64,000 bases of DNA from a plasmid: sequence record NZ_CP049260.1; one strand, given 5' to 3'. Positions 39,186-48,786 of the stretch are shown here, piece after piece. The position numbers were made by a program, and so were the translations under genes. The notes under the pieces are model-generated. The model was not told where the DNA came from and made no database searches. It worked only from the letters and a program-made list of their open reading frames with translations. The stretch's first letter is position 1. Each line of letters begins with the position of its first letter.

Positions 39186-40996
39186 GCCCGGATGCAAGAA
39201 GCCTCTATACCGCCGCGCTGACGCCACCGCCGGGTATGCGTTTTGATGAGGCGCTGGCCACGACATTTTCACTGGATCCTACCTGTCTGCTCGAAGCGCC
39301 GGTGCATCTTGCACTGATGTCCATGGAAAACCAGGCAGAACAGGACGGCCTGGCCATGCTTGAATCCCTGCGTCGTTATGCCGGACGCATGACGGTCTAT
39401 GTTCAGCGCGGACGCATTCAGTTGCCTGCCATAGTGCGACCCAATCCGTTATTTAGTCTGCTTGAGCCGATGATTGTCGAAGTGAGCGCGCCCAACGGCG
39501 GTGTGTTTCACCCGAAAATCTGGGTGTTGCGTTTTGTCGCTCCCGGTCAGGACACGGTGATGTACCGCCTGTTGGTGCTAACCCGCAATATAACGACCGA
39601 TCGCTCGTGGGATCTTTCGCTGCAGCTTGAAGGCGTCATGGGGCGCAAAAAAAGGCCGGTGAATAAGCCGCTGGATTATCTGCTGCGCCTGCTGCCGGGT
39701 CTCGCGAGCAGAGGCATTGCAGATGAGAAAACGATGCAGGCGCAGCGAATTGCTGATGAGCTTTATCGCGTTGAATGGGAGTTACCGGCAGGTTTTCAGG
39801 AGATGGCGTTTTATCTGCCGGGTATTAAGGCATTTAACTGGATCCCGCCTGCCTCACTGCGCATGGCTGTCATTTCACCGTTTTGTTCCGATGAGGCGCT
39901 GAACGCGCTGGTACAAACGACACAGCGTGCCGAGGCGTTGATTTCCCGCCCGGAGGCGCTGGCAGCGTTAAAACCCGCCACGCGGGAGGCGTTCACGCAG
40001 TGCTCTCATTTAGACGATGCTGCGGAAACCGACGATGGTGAAGACACAGACGTTGTCGATATGGCGGCATCGCTCGCGACGGGCCTGCACGCCAAAGCGT
40101 ATCTTTTTGAAACCCAATATTATTCTTTATATACGCACCTCGTAATGGGCTCTGCCAACGCGACTGATGCCGCGCTAAAAGCTGCCAGAAATATTGAGTT
40201 GCTGGTCGAGCTAAAGGGGCGCCAGCGCGATATCGGCGGCATCGATACGTTGCTGGGCAAAGAGGGGATGGGCGAATATCTGGTGGATTTTCAGGCAGAT
40301 GAGTTACCGCCGGTGGATGCAAACGCCCAGGCTGCCGCGCAGGCGCTGGAACACGCCAGAGCACAACTGGCCGCGTTGCCGCTGTCGCTTATCTGCGATC
40401 CGGTGGACGATGAGCAGTGGCGGCTCACGCTGGAGGGCGTTTTGCCGAAGTTTAAAGGTGTTGCGACGCTCAAGGCGTGGCCGGTCACGCTCATTGGCGA
40501 ACACGCGGTTTTATTGCCGACAGAAGGCGCTGACGGCCCTTTCCCCCTCGGGCAGTTTTCGCTGCGGGCTGTCACCGGGCTGACGGCGTTTGAGCTCTCT
40601 ACCCGCGAGCCCGCGTTGTGCGTCCGGTTTGTGCTTAATCTGCCCGTGACGGGCATGCCTTCAGAGCGCAACGCGGCTATTCTGCAAAGCGTTATCAGCA
40701 ACCCTGACGGCTTTCTGCGTTATCTGCTGTTATTGCTGGATCAGGATGACCCCGCACTGCCGCTACAGGAAAAGTACAGAGTCGCTGCCGGGTGGCTGGC
40801 CCGTCTTGCCGATGGTGAGGATTTTCCTCTGCTGGAAATGCTGACACGCGCCGCCAGCCGTACGCCAGAACGTTTAAAAGAAATCGCGTCGCTTATCGGT
40901 GAGCTGCGCCAGGGAAACCGGAACGCGGTGATCCCGGAGGATTTTCTGGCGCTCTGGACGGTATTTGAAGCCGCCATGGAGGACGCGAATGTCTGA
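39179..40996 (+). CDS. phospholipase-D-superfamily nuclease with two HKD-type motifs
   Basis: GGVFHPKIWVLRF (HxK motif 1) and GLHAKAYLFE...VMGSANAT (HxK...GSxN motif 2); GGAGG RBS 5 nt upstream; 605 aa. Confidence 0.75.
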   Translation: MLSPDARSLYTAALTPPPGMRFDEALATTFSLDPTCLLEAPVHLALMSMENQAEQDGLAMLESLRRYAGRMTVYVQRGRIQLPAIVRPNPLFSLLEPMIVEVSAPNGGVFHPKIWVLRFVAPGQDTVMYRLLVLTRNITTDRSWDLSLQLEGVMGRKKRPVNKPLDYLLRLLPGLASRGIADEKTMQAQRIADELYRVEWELPAGFQEMAFYLPGIKAFNWIPPASLRMAVISPFCSDEALNALVQTTQRAEALISRPEALAALKPATREAFTQCSHLDDAAETDDGEDTDVVDMAASLATGLHAKAYLFETQYYSLYTHLVMGSANATDAALKAARNIELLVELKGRQRDIGGIDTLLGKEGMGEYLVDFQADELPPVDANAQAAAQALEHARAQLAALPLSLICDPVDDEQWRLTLEGVLPKFKGVATLKAWPVTLIGEHAVLLPTEGADGPFPLGQFSLRAVTGLTAFELSTREPALCVRFVLNLPVTGMPSERNAAILQSVISNPDGFLRYLLLLLDQDDPALPLQEKYRVAAGWLARLADGEDFPLLEMLTRAASRTPERLKEIASLIGELRQGNRNAVIPEDFLALWTVFEAAMEDANV

Positions 40997-43900
40997 TAAT
41001 CGATTTTCTGCGCAGGCAGCGCTGGCCACGCTGAAAGATTTTCAGTGTGATACGGTCGATTATGTGTTTGAGCGGCTGTTTGGCGAAAACAACACCACGC
41101 GGTTTCTTGTCGCCGATGAAGTCGGGCTTGGCAAGACATTGATTGCACGGGGCGTTATCGCCAGAACGCTGGAACATCTGCAGGATAAAAAAGATCGTGT
41201 CGATATCATCTATATCTGCTCCAGCGCGGCGATTGCTGGTCAGAATCAAAAAAGGCTCAATCTCAGCGGCTCGGAAGGGTTCTCGCTCTCTACCCGGCTG
41301 ACCTATCTGCCACGGCAGGTCAGCGAGCTGCGCAATAATAAAGTTAACTTTATCAGCCTGACGTCAGGCACAACCTTCGACCATACCGTAAGCCGTGAAG
41401 GCCATGCGGGAGAGCGCGCCATTTTGTACCGGATTTTGTATGACCTCCCGCTGGGCCAGGGCGAGCGACGCGCCCGGTTGCGTACAGGGCTGTTAAATCT
41501 TCTACAGGCGCGAATGGGAAAAGCGAGCTGGCGCGCCACCGCGCAGGGGCTGCGGGCTGATGAACTGGATAATGACCTCTGCCGGATGTTCCGACGCGAA
41601 GTGCTCGACGATAAACCGCTTTACGCGCAGCTTAAGCAGGGTTGCGAGCAGTTTATACGTTACCGTGACAGCAGCCGGATCCCGCCAGACGATACGCAGT
41701 TACGGCTTCGGCTTATCATGGCGCTGCGTCAGAAACTGGCTTTCGTTTGTCTGAAGGCCCTGAAGCCCGATCTGGTGATCCTCGATGAGTTTCAGCGGTT
41801 TAAGCATCTACTGGACGCTGAAGACGATACCGCGCGGCTCGCCACAGCCCTGTTTGAACAGAAGGAGGCGCGTGTTCTGCTGCTTTCCGCCACGCCTTAT
41901 AAAATGTTCACGCTGGATAACGAAACCGGGGAAGACGATCATTACCCGGATTTTATCCGCACACTGTCATTTCTGATGCGCGATCCGGCGCAGGTCAACC
42001 ACGTCAGCGCGCTGCTTTCCGCTCACCGGGCCGCACTGCATGCCGGTATACCTGAAGGTGAAAAAGCACGTCTTCAGGATGCGCTTTTGCGTGTGATGTG
42101 CCGCACCGAAAGGATTTCTGATACCCGCGACCGTAACGCCATGCTCGTTGAAGTTCCCCGCATAGCGCCGCTGCAGGCCGCGGATATCCGGCATATTCGT
42201 GCCGTTGATGCGGTTGCGGCCTGTGTGGACTCAGGCGATCTGGTGGAGTACTGGAAATCGACGCCCCATTTGCTCAACTTTCTGAAGCGCTATGCGCTGC
42301 GTAATAAACTTGATGCGGCTATCGATGCGCCGTCACCTGCGCTCTCTGCGGCGCTGAGAGCGGCCCGCGATGAGTGGCTGACGCCCGGTCAGCTGGATGA
42401 TTACCAGCCGCTTGAACCCGGCAACGCGCGGATGCGGCTTCTTTTTGAAGACACCATCGATAACGGGCTCTGGCAACTGTTATGGATGCCGCCATCGCTT
42501 CCGTATTACACACCAGGCGGCGTCTGGCAGGGGAAAAGCCATCTTACCAAGACGCTTATCTTCTCCTGCTGGAATGCGGTGCCGGATGCTATCGCCACGC
42601 TCTGCTCTTATGAGGCAGAGCGCCGGATGGTCAGCGGCGCGTCGGTGACGCATCGCGAGCTTTATCAGAAAATCAAACCGCTGTTGCGGTTTGCGAAAGC
42701 CAGCGCGGACGACCGTCTGACCGGTATGCCAGTCATGGCATGGCTGATGCCCTCACCGGTCCTGGCGACGGCGATTGATCCACTCACGATGGCCTGTGCC
42801 GGGAATAACGGCCCGCTCCCGCTGGAAACCGTGCTGGAAGCCGCCCGTGACATCTGCGAGACGCTTGTCGCCGCTTTACCCTCCAGCCCGGCGGAGGGCA
42901 AAGCCGATCCGCGCTGGTACTGGGCTGCGCCGGTGCTGCTCGATGCGCAGGGCGGGCTACTGGCGTGGTGTAAAGATCCACAAGGCTGGCGGGCGCTGGT
43001 GACGCCTGATGCGGATGACGACTCCCACTTCACCGCGCATCTGGAACAGCTGACAGACGCCGCCGAGGGACGCCTTACGCTCGGGCCGAAGCCAGACGAT
43101 CTGGTGGACGTGCTCGCGCTGTTCGCGCTTGGCGGGCCTGGTACCTGCGCATTGCGTGCGTTACAGAGGCTGGATCCGCAGACGTCGTGCGACAGCATGG
43201 CCCTTCTCACCGGTGCGGCGACCATCGCCTCGGGGTTCAGAACCCTGTTCAACATGCCGGAGACCATTGCGATGCTGCGTGGCGCAAGTGAGGAGACCTA
43301 CTGGCGTTTAACGCTGAAATATGGAGTTGAGGGCAATCTGCAATCCATGCTGGATGAATATGTCCATACGCTCCGGGAATCGCCTGGCGTGCAGGGATCT
43401 GGCGTCGCGGCACAGGTGGCCACCCTGTCCGCGCATATCCAGTCTGTTCTATCGTTGCGTGTCTCCCGGCTGCATCTGGACGCGCTGGAGGCTAACGATG
43501 CGGGCTTTGAGCGTGTAGAGTTTTCGACCCGCTGCCGCTTTGCGCTGCGGTTTGGTGATATCCGGGATGACAATAACGACGCGCTGGTACGGGCAGAAAG
43601 CGTTCGCGATGCTTTCAATTCGCCGTTTCGCCCGTTTGTACTGGCTTCCACGTCCATTGGCCAGGAAGGGCTCGATTTTCATACGTGGTGCCATGCGGTG
43701 ATGCACTGGAATCTTCCTGCAAATCCTGTCGATTTAGAGCAACGCGAGGGCCGGGTGCATCGTTACAAAGGGCATGCGGTGCGGAAAAATATCGCGCATG
43801 CTTATGGCATAGCGAGCCTTAAGGGCCACAACGCGGGCGACCCGTGGCAAACCCTTTTTGCGCGGGCAGCGCAGGACAGAGCGCCTGGGCAGTCCGAACT

Positions 43901-44150
43901 TATCCCTTACTGGATCTTTGAGAACGGCCCGGCGCGCGTGGAGCGCCGTATTCCCGTGCTGCCTTACAGCCGGGAAACCGGCAAGCTCAAAAGACTGAAG
44001 CAGGGGCTCGCGTTGTATCGCCTGGCGTTCGGACAGCCGAGACAGGAGGACTTACTCTCAAGTCTCAGCCATAACGCCCCGATCTCTGAAGACGCCCTTG
44101 CCGGCGGGCTGATATCACTTAAGCCGCCCGGCCGGTCCGGTAAAGCGTAA
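40989..44150 (+). CDS. SNF2-like superfamily-2 helicase (1053 aa)
   Basis: motif I FLVADEVGLGKT, motif II LVILDEFQRFK, motif III LLLSATPYKM, C-terminal RecA domain with QREGRVHRYKG (motif VI); start ATGTCTGA overlaps upstream stop. Confidence 0.8.
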   Translation: MSDNRFSAQAALATLKDFQCDTVDYVFERLFGENNTTRFLVADEVGLGKTLIARGVIARTLEHLQDKKDRVDIIYICSSAAIAGQNQKRLNLSGSEGFSLSTRLTYLPRQVSELRNNKVNFISLTSGTTFDHTVSREGHAGERAILYRILYDLPLGQGERRARLRTGLLNLLQARMGKASWRATAQGLRADELDNDLCRMFRREVLDDKPLYAQLKQGCEQFIRYRDSSRIPPDDTQLRLRLIMALRQKLAFVCLKALKPDLVILDEFQRFKHLLDAEDDTARLATALFEQKEARVLLLSATPYKMFTLDNETGEDDHYPDFIRTLSFLMRDPAQVNHVSALLSAHRAALHAGIPEGEKARLQDALLRVMCRTERISDTRDRNAMLVEVPRIAPLQAADIRHIRAVDAVAACVDSGDLVEYWKSTPHLLNFLKRYALRNKLDAAIDAPSPALSAALRAARDEWLTPGQLDDYQPLEPGNARMRLLFEDTIDNGLWQLLWMPPSLPYYTPGGVWQGKSHLTKTLIFSCWNAVPDAIATLCSYEAERRMVSGASVTHRELYQKIKPLLRFAKASADDRLTGMPVMAWLMPSPVLATAIDPLTMACAGNNGPLPLETVLEAARDICETLVAALPSSPAEGKADPRWYWAAPVLLDAQGGLLAWCKDPQGWRALVTPDADDDSHFTAHLEQLTDAAEGRLTLGPKPDDLVDVLALFALGGPGTCALRALQRLDPQTSCDSMALLTGAATIASGFRTLFNMPETIAMLRGASEETYWRLTLKYGVEGNLQSMLDEYVHTLRESPGVQGSGVAAQVATLSAHIQSVLSLRVSRLHLDALEANDAGFERVEFSTRCRFALRFGDIRDDNNDALVRAESVRDAFNSPFRPFVLASTSIGQEGLDFHTWCHAVMHWNLPANPVDLEQREGRVHRYKGHAVRKNIAHAYGIASLKGHNAGDPWQTLFARAAQDRAPGQSELIPYWIFENGPARVERRIPVLPYSRETGKLKRLKQGLALYRLAFGQPRQEDLLSSLSHNAPISEDALAGGLISLKPPGRSGKA

Positions 44151-44156
44151 CGCCGG

Positions 44157-44831
44157 TTACGGCGCAATCTCCTGCCCGCGATAATCGATAAACCGGCACT
44201 GCAGATTATCCAGCGCGGCGTTGATAACGTTTTTAAGCCCAGCCGCGCTTTCGTCTACCGTCACCGGCGCGCGTTCGCCGCCCATATCGGTCTGGACCCA
44301 GCCGGGATGCAGCAACAGCACGCTGCGTTTACCCGGCAGCGCCGATGTCACCGCGAATGAGCGCGCCAGCGAATTCAGCGCGCTCTTACTGGCGCGGTAG
44401 AGCGCCATGTCGCCGGTATCGTTATTCGTAAAGCTTGCGGTACTGGACGACATAAACGCAATGACACCGCCTTCACGGACCTGCGAGAGCATCGTCTCCG
44501 CGAGTCGCACCGGCGCGATAGCGTTGGTCAGAAAGAGTGTGGCGATCTCCTGTTCGGTGGCCTGCGATATGCTCTGATGATCGGGGCCAAAAATACCGGC
44601 GTTGACGATGAGCGCGTCAAAGGTCACAGCGCTGAGGTGTTCTTTGAGGTGGACTACGCTTGCCGTGTCGGTCATATCGACGATTTGCGTGGTGATACGC
44701 GGATGGGTGTCTTTGTGCGTTGCGTCACGCACCGTCGCTATCACGTCGGCGCCCTCCTGCGCGAAAGCATTCGCCAGACCGCGGCCAATCCCGCGCGATG
44801 CGCCGATAATCAGGATATGTTGTACAGTCAT
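44157..44831 (-). CDS. short-chain dehydrogenase/reductase (SDR)
   Basis: TGASRGIG cofactor motif, YxxxK (YRASK) active site; 224 aa. Confidence 0.8.
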   Translation of the reverse strand: MTVQHILIIGASRGIGRGLANAFAQEGADVIATVRDATHKDTHPRITTQIVDMTDTASVVHLKEHLSAVTFDALIVNAGIFGPDHQSISQATEQEIATLFLTNAIAPVRLAETMLSQVREGGVIAFMSSSTASFTNNDTGDMALYRASKSALNSLARSFAVTSALPGKRSVLLLHPGWVQTDMGGERAPVTVDESAAGLKNVINAALDNLQCRFIDYRGQEIAP

Positions 44832-44877
44832 GATTTTTTAACCTGCAATAATAATGAACCCATACTGATGGGCTAAA

Positions 44878-45447
44878 TCACTCCGCAAGGCGGTAGACCC
44901 CTGCTCCCCAGTAGCCTTTTTCCGGTTTACGGATTTCACGCCAGCCCTGACGAACAAGGCTGCGGGCAATCAAACGATTCATGATGCCATGCCCCATCAA
45001 AAGCACCGGACTTTGCGCGTTACCGGCAAGCGCAGCGAGATTTTGCGCAGCCATTGCCGCGCGTGCTTTTGCGGCATGCAGCGTTTCAGCATTGCCCGAT
45101 AATCCGCACAGCCATAACATGCGGAAAATGCCACTCCAGGCCAGCGGCGACAAACGCAGCCTGCCAATACTGTGCACCGGCAGTTCTGCCTCCCGGTATA
45201 GCGCATCGGTTTGCACTGGATCACAACCCATTGTTTTTAGAGAAGAGAGGGCACGAGGTAAATCGCTGCTGATAACAATGCCCGCTCTGGCTGCTAACGC
45301 GCGGCTTGCCTCAGGCGGTAAGTCATTCCCCGTACCGGCCTCGTTATAACGGCTTATCCAGCCTGGCATATCGCGGGAGCCGATCGCGCCTGAATGCGCT
45401 ATATCAGGGCTGCCGTGACGCATCAGAATAATTTCCATATCTTCCAT
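44878..45447 (-). CDS. histidine phosphatase family protein (SixA/PGM-like)
   Basis: N-terminal LMRHG catalytic RHG motif; 189 aa. Confidence 0.65.
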   Translation of the reverse strand: MEDMEIILMRHGSPDIAHSGAIGSRDMPGWISRYNEAGTGNDLPPEASRALAARAGIVISSDLPRALSSLKTMGCDPVQTDALYREAELPVHSIGRLRLSPLAWSGIFRMLWLCGLSGNAETLHAAKARAAMAAQNLAALAGNAQSPVLLMGHGIMNRLIARSLVRQGWREIRKPEKGYWGAGVYRLAE

Positions 45448-45459
45448 TCCACGGGTGGT

Positions 45460-45729
45460 TTACCTGGCGTGAAAAAAATATCCCACCAGCGCCAGTACCA
45501 CCACAATAACGCCTGAGAAAATCGCTCCGCTGGCCCATGCGAAGGGAGCGATCTCTTCTTCTTTTTTGATATCCGCGTAACGCTTTAGTGCCTGCTCTGC
45601 CAGGGGCGCGTCAATCTCTTCGAACTGCTTTTCATAGCCTTTGGCTTTAAGCCGCGAGGCTTTTTCGGTATCGGCTTTATCGAACGCAAACAGCTGAGTG
45701 CCTTTCTTATAGAAGACAAATGTGGTCAT
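45460..45729 (-). CDS. small hypothetical protein with C-terminal membrane anchor
   Basis: MTTFVFYKKGTQLFAF...; AGGAG RBS 6 nt upstream of ATG 45729. Confidence 0.4.
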   Translation of the reverse strand: MTTFVFYKKGTQLFAFDKADTEKASRLKAKGYEKQFEEIDAPLAEQALKRYADIKKEEEIAPFAWASGAIFSGVIVVVLALVGYFFHAR

Positions 45730-46012
45730 GGTGGACTCCTGTCGTGGTGACGCGCTATGCCTAACATACCGGAGCGGAATACATTTTGTACATGAATACC
45801 TTAAAGCGCTTTTAGCAGAAAAGCAGACCGTCGCTGATACATACAACCATGAATAAGTGTCCATCAGCCGGAATGGAAAAACAGAGGAAGTGGTGGCGGG
45901 GAATTATTCGCAGGGCGGTCGGGCATACAGGGAATGATCGGTAATCCGCCTGTAAAAACGCCCGGTACAGGTACCGGGCGTGGCATAAAAAATAACGTTT
46001 TTTATCTGCTAA

Positions 46013-47671
46013 TCAGAAGCTCTGCCAGTCGTTATCTGATACCGCGGCGGCGGCGGGCACCGGGCGCAGCGTTTTGATTGGCGTCACCGGCGCGGCGACA
46101 TGACGCGCCGCGCTTTTCGCATGACTGGCGGCGGCGATGGTAAATGCACCAACCAGCTGGTTCAGGGATGCGGCCTGCTCCATCAGCGACTGCGACGCCG
46201 CCGAAGCCTGCTCGACCAGCGCGGCGTTCTGCTGGGTTACATCGTCCATCTGGTTGACGGCCAGATGCACCTGATTGATGCCCTGCGCCTGCTCCTGCGC
46301 GGCGACCGAAATCTCATCAACAATATCCGTTACCTGACGCACCGCCTCGGTCATTTTGCCGATATTCTGGCCGACGCCTTCCGCCTGCGCGGAACCGGTT
46401 TCGACGTATTGCATTGAGTTCTCAATCAGTTCTTTGATTTCCCGCGCGGAGGAGGACGAACGCTGCGCCAGCGTGCGCACTTCACCGGCCACCACGGCAA
46501 ACCCTCTGCCCTGCTCGCCCGCACGCGCGGCTTCTACCGCAGCGTTGAGCGCCAGGATGTTGGTCTGGAAGGCAATCCCCTCGATCATCGCGATAATGTC
46601 GGTGATTTTCGAGGAACTGTCGCGAATACTGCTCATGGTCGTCAGCATGGTATTGACGCGCGACTGGCTGTCTTCCGAAATATCACGCGCGTTTTTCGCA
46701 AGCTGGCTCGCAAGCTGGGTATTTTCCGCAGTCTGACGCACGGTTTCGCTCAGCTCTGACATGCTGGCGGCAGTCTGCTCCAGCGAAGCGGCCTGTTCTT
46801 CTGTGCGCGACGAGAGATCTTCGTTACCGGCGGAGATCTGCCCGGAGGCCGAGCTGACCGACTGCGCGGACGCTTCGACAGCGGCGAGTGATGAAGCCAC
46901 ATTGGCTGCCAGCGTATTGTACGCTTTGGCCGTCTGGCCTATCTCATCCTTACGGGAATCGTCAGCGCGCAGTGTCAGATCAAGATGCTCGCTCGCCGTT
47001 TCCAGCGTCTGGCGCATGCTGTTGAGCTGGTTGCGAATCGAGAAGATGGTCTTCAGCGTGAAAAAGCCGAGAATAAGGATGACCACTGCCGAGCCGCCAA
47101 TCAGCGTCCAGAGCGTCTGGTAATAGGAGCTATCATTTTCCTTACGCAGCGTTTTGCCGACGTCAATGTTGACCCCCAGCTGTTTCTGGTACAGCGCGAT
47201 CAACTGACGCGCGGCACCGCCGACACCGTTGTCATCACGCAGTGCGGCGAGCGCGAGAGCGTTGTTGTGTGCACGCGAGCTCTCTAAAAATGCCGGTAAC
47301 CGGGACTGAACCGTCTGAATCAGCGTACCGGCGCTTTCAGAAATCTGCCGGTCTTCCTCGCTGGAGATTTCATTTTGCAGGTAAAACTGGTTCTGCGTGG
47401 TGATGCGGTTAATGACCGTATCAATCTCTTTTTCAATCTCGGCCTGACCTGATGCGTCAGCGGTATTCTGGTGGCGGTAGAGCCAGATAATCAACGTATT
47501 ACTACCATCAATCATTTTGCCGATATCAAGCACCGACGGAAGTGTGTTTTCCTGGACGTACTGGAACCTTGCCTGAAAATTGCTGACGACCACCACCGAC
47601 GTAATCACCATAGCGATCAGTGCAGCAGAAAGTAATGAAAACGTCAGCATAAGACGTTGTGTAATGGACAT
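46013..47671 (-). CDS. methyl-accepting chemotaxis protein
   Basis: two TMs, HAMP, and highly conserved MCP signalling domain (..EQAASLEQTAASMSELSETV.. / ..[37 protein letters not shown]..). Confidence 0.8.
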   Translation of the reverse strand: MSITQRLMLTFSLLSAALIAMVITSVVVVSNFQARFQYVQENTLPSVLDIGKMIDGSNTLIIWLYRHQNTADASGQAEIEKEIDTVINRITTQNQFYLQNEISSEEDRQISESAGTLIQTVQSRLPAFLESSRAHNNALALAALRDDNGVGGAARQLIALYQKQLGVNIDVGKTLRKENDSSYYQTLWTLIGGSAVVILILGFFTLKTIFSIRNQLNSMRQTLETASEHLDLTLRADDSRKDEIGQTAKAYNTLAANVASSLAAVEASAQSVSSASGQISAGNEDLSSRTEEQAASLEQTAASMSELSETVRQTAENTQLASQLAKNARDISEDSQSRVNTMLTTMSSIRDSSSKITDIIAMIEGIAFQTNILALNAAVEAARAGEQGRGFAVVAGEVRTLAQRSSSSAREIKELIENSMQYVETGSAQAEGVGQNIGKMTEAVRQVTDIVDEISVAAQEQAQGINQVHLAVNQMDDVTQQNAALVEQASAASQSLMEQAASLNQLVGAFTIAAASHAKSAARHVAAPVTPIKTLRPVPAAAAVSDNDWQSF

Positions 47672-47964
47672 GGAGTGTTTCCTCGGTGATGCTTATTTTT
47701 GCTGTATGGAGCCAGTGCTTAAATCAAACCGGCACAACGAATATCGGCAGCCAGGCATGCAATAATTAGCCTCCGGCAGACGCTTTCTCGTATGCCCATG
47801 ATTAACAAAACATTAAATTTTTTAAAGTAATGGCCTGGAAATGGTGTGGGAATTTGTTGCGGTGCTTTTTTAGGCTCGCCATGGCGCTTTGCTCTAAGGT
47901 TTATGTCAGTAAGCGAAAGCCTGTGCGCCGTTGCGCAGGCGTCGGCACACCTCAGGAGGCCTTT

Positions 47965-48765
47965 GTGATCACACTGTGTAACGCCTGCGGCACGTCATAT
48001 CAGGTTGACAATGCCCGGCCGCAACGCTGCAAAATTTGCGACGATGAGCGGCAGTTTGTCCCGGTGACGGGGCAGCAATGGGTAGCGCGCGATGCGCTGC
48101 TGGCGACGCATTCCAATAAATGGAAGCAGCATACCCCGGATCTTTTCAGCATCCGGACGGTGCCGGATTTTGCGATTGGCCAGCGTGCGTTTCTGCTGCG
48201 TACCCCGCAGGGAAATATTCTCTGGGACTGCGTCGCCACCCTGGATGACGCCACAAAAACCCTGATTGCCGCGCTGGGCGGTCTGATGGCCATTGCCATT
48301 TCGCATCCGCACTTTTACACCACCATGCAGGACTGGGCGGCTGCCTTTAACGCGCCGGTGTATCTGCATGCCAGCGACCGCGAATGGATAATGCGCGACA
48401 GCCCGTTTATCCGGCTCTGGGAGGGAGATGAACTGACACTGGCTGAGGATATCCGCGTGATTTGCCTCGGCGGCCATTTTGCCGGTGGCTGCGTACTGCA
48501 TGACGCGCGCGGCGACGGCCTGCTGCTGACCGGTGATATTTTGCAGGTGACGCCGGGCACGAAGAGCGTCTCATTTATGTGGAGTTACCCGAATATGCTG
48601 CCGCTACCGGCCGCCACCGTCAGCGCAATGACAGACCGGCTGCGAGGCGTGCCATTTTCGACGCTATGGGGCGCGTTTGAAGGCCGTGAAATCACTGCCG
48701 ACGCCAGCGAGCGGGTGCGCCGTTCGGGCGAAAAATATGTGGCGTGTCTCAATCGTGCGGATTAA
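47965..48765 (+). CDS. MBL-fold metallo-hydrolase
   Basis: N-terminal CxxC..CxxC zinc-ribbon-like segment then beta-lactamase fold; metal-binding His/Asp motif not unambiguously identified by eye; GTG start after GGAGG. Confidence 0.55.
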   Translation: MITLCNACGTSYQVDNARPQRCKICDDERQFVPVTGQQWVARDALLATHSNKWKQHTPDLFSIRTVPDFAIGQRAFLLRTPQGNILWDCVATLDDATKTLIAALGGLMAIAISHPHFYTTMQDWAAAFNAPVYLHASDREWIMRDSPFIRLWEGDELTLAEDIRVICLGGHFAGGCVLHDARGDGLLLTGDILQVTPGTKSVSFMWSYPNMLPLPAATVSAMTDRLRGVPFSTLWGAFEGREITADASERVRRSGEKYVACLNRAD

Positions 48766-48786
48766 CGCTTTTTTATTTCGTGACGC

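Noticed and set aside
36890-44150. Calling the PLD/helicase operon DISARM or Mokosh
   Set aside because: No DrmA (DUF1998/helicase), DrmB or methyltransferase gene is present, and the helicase is SNF2-like SF2 rather than Mokosh's Upf1-like SF1; the resemblance is kept only as context
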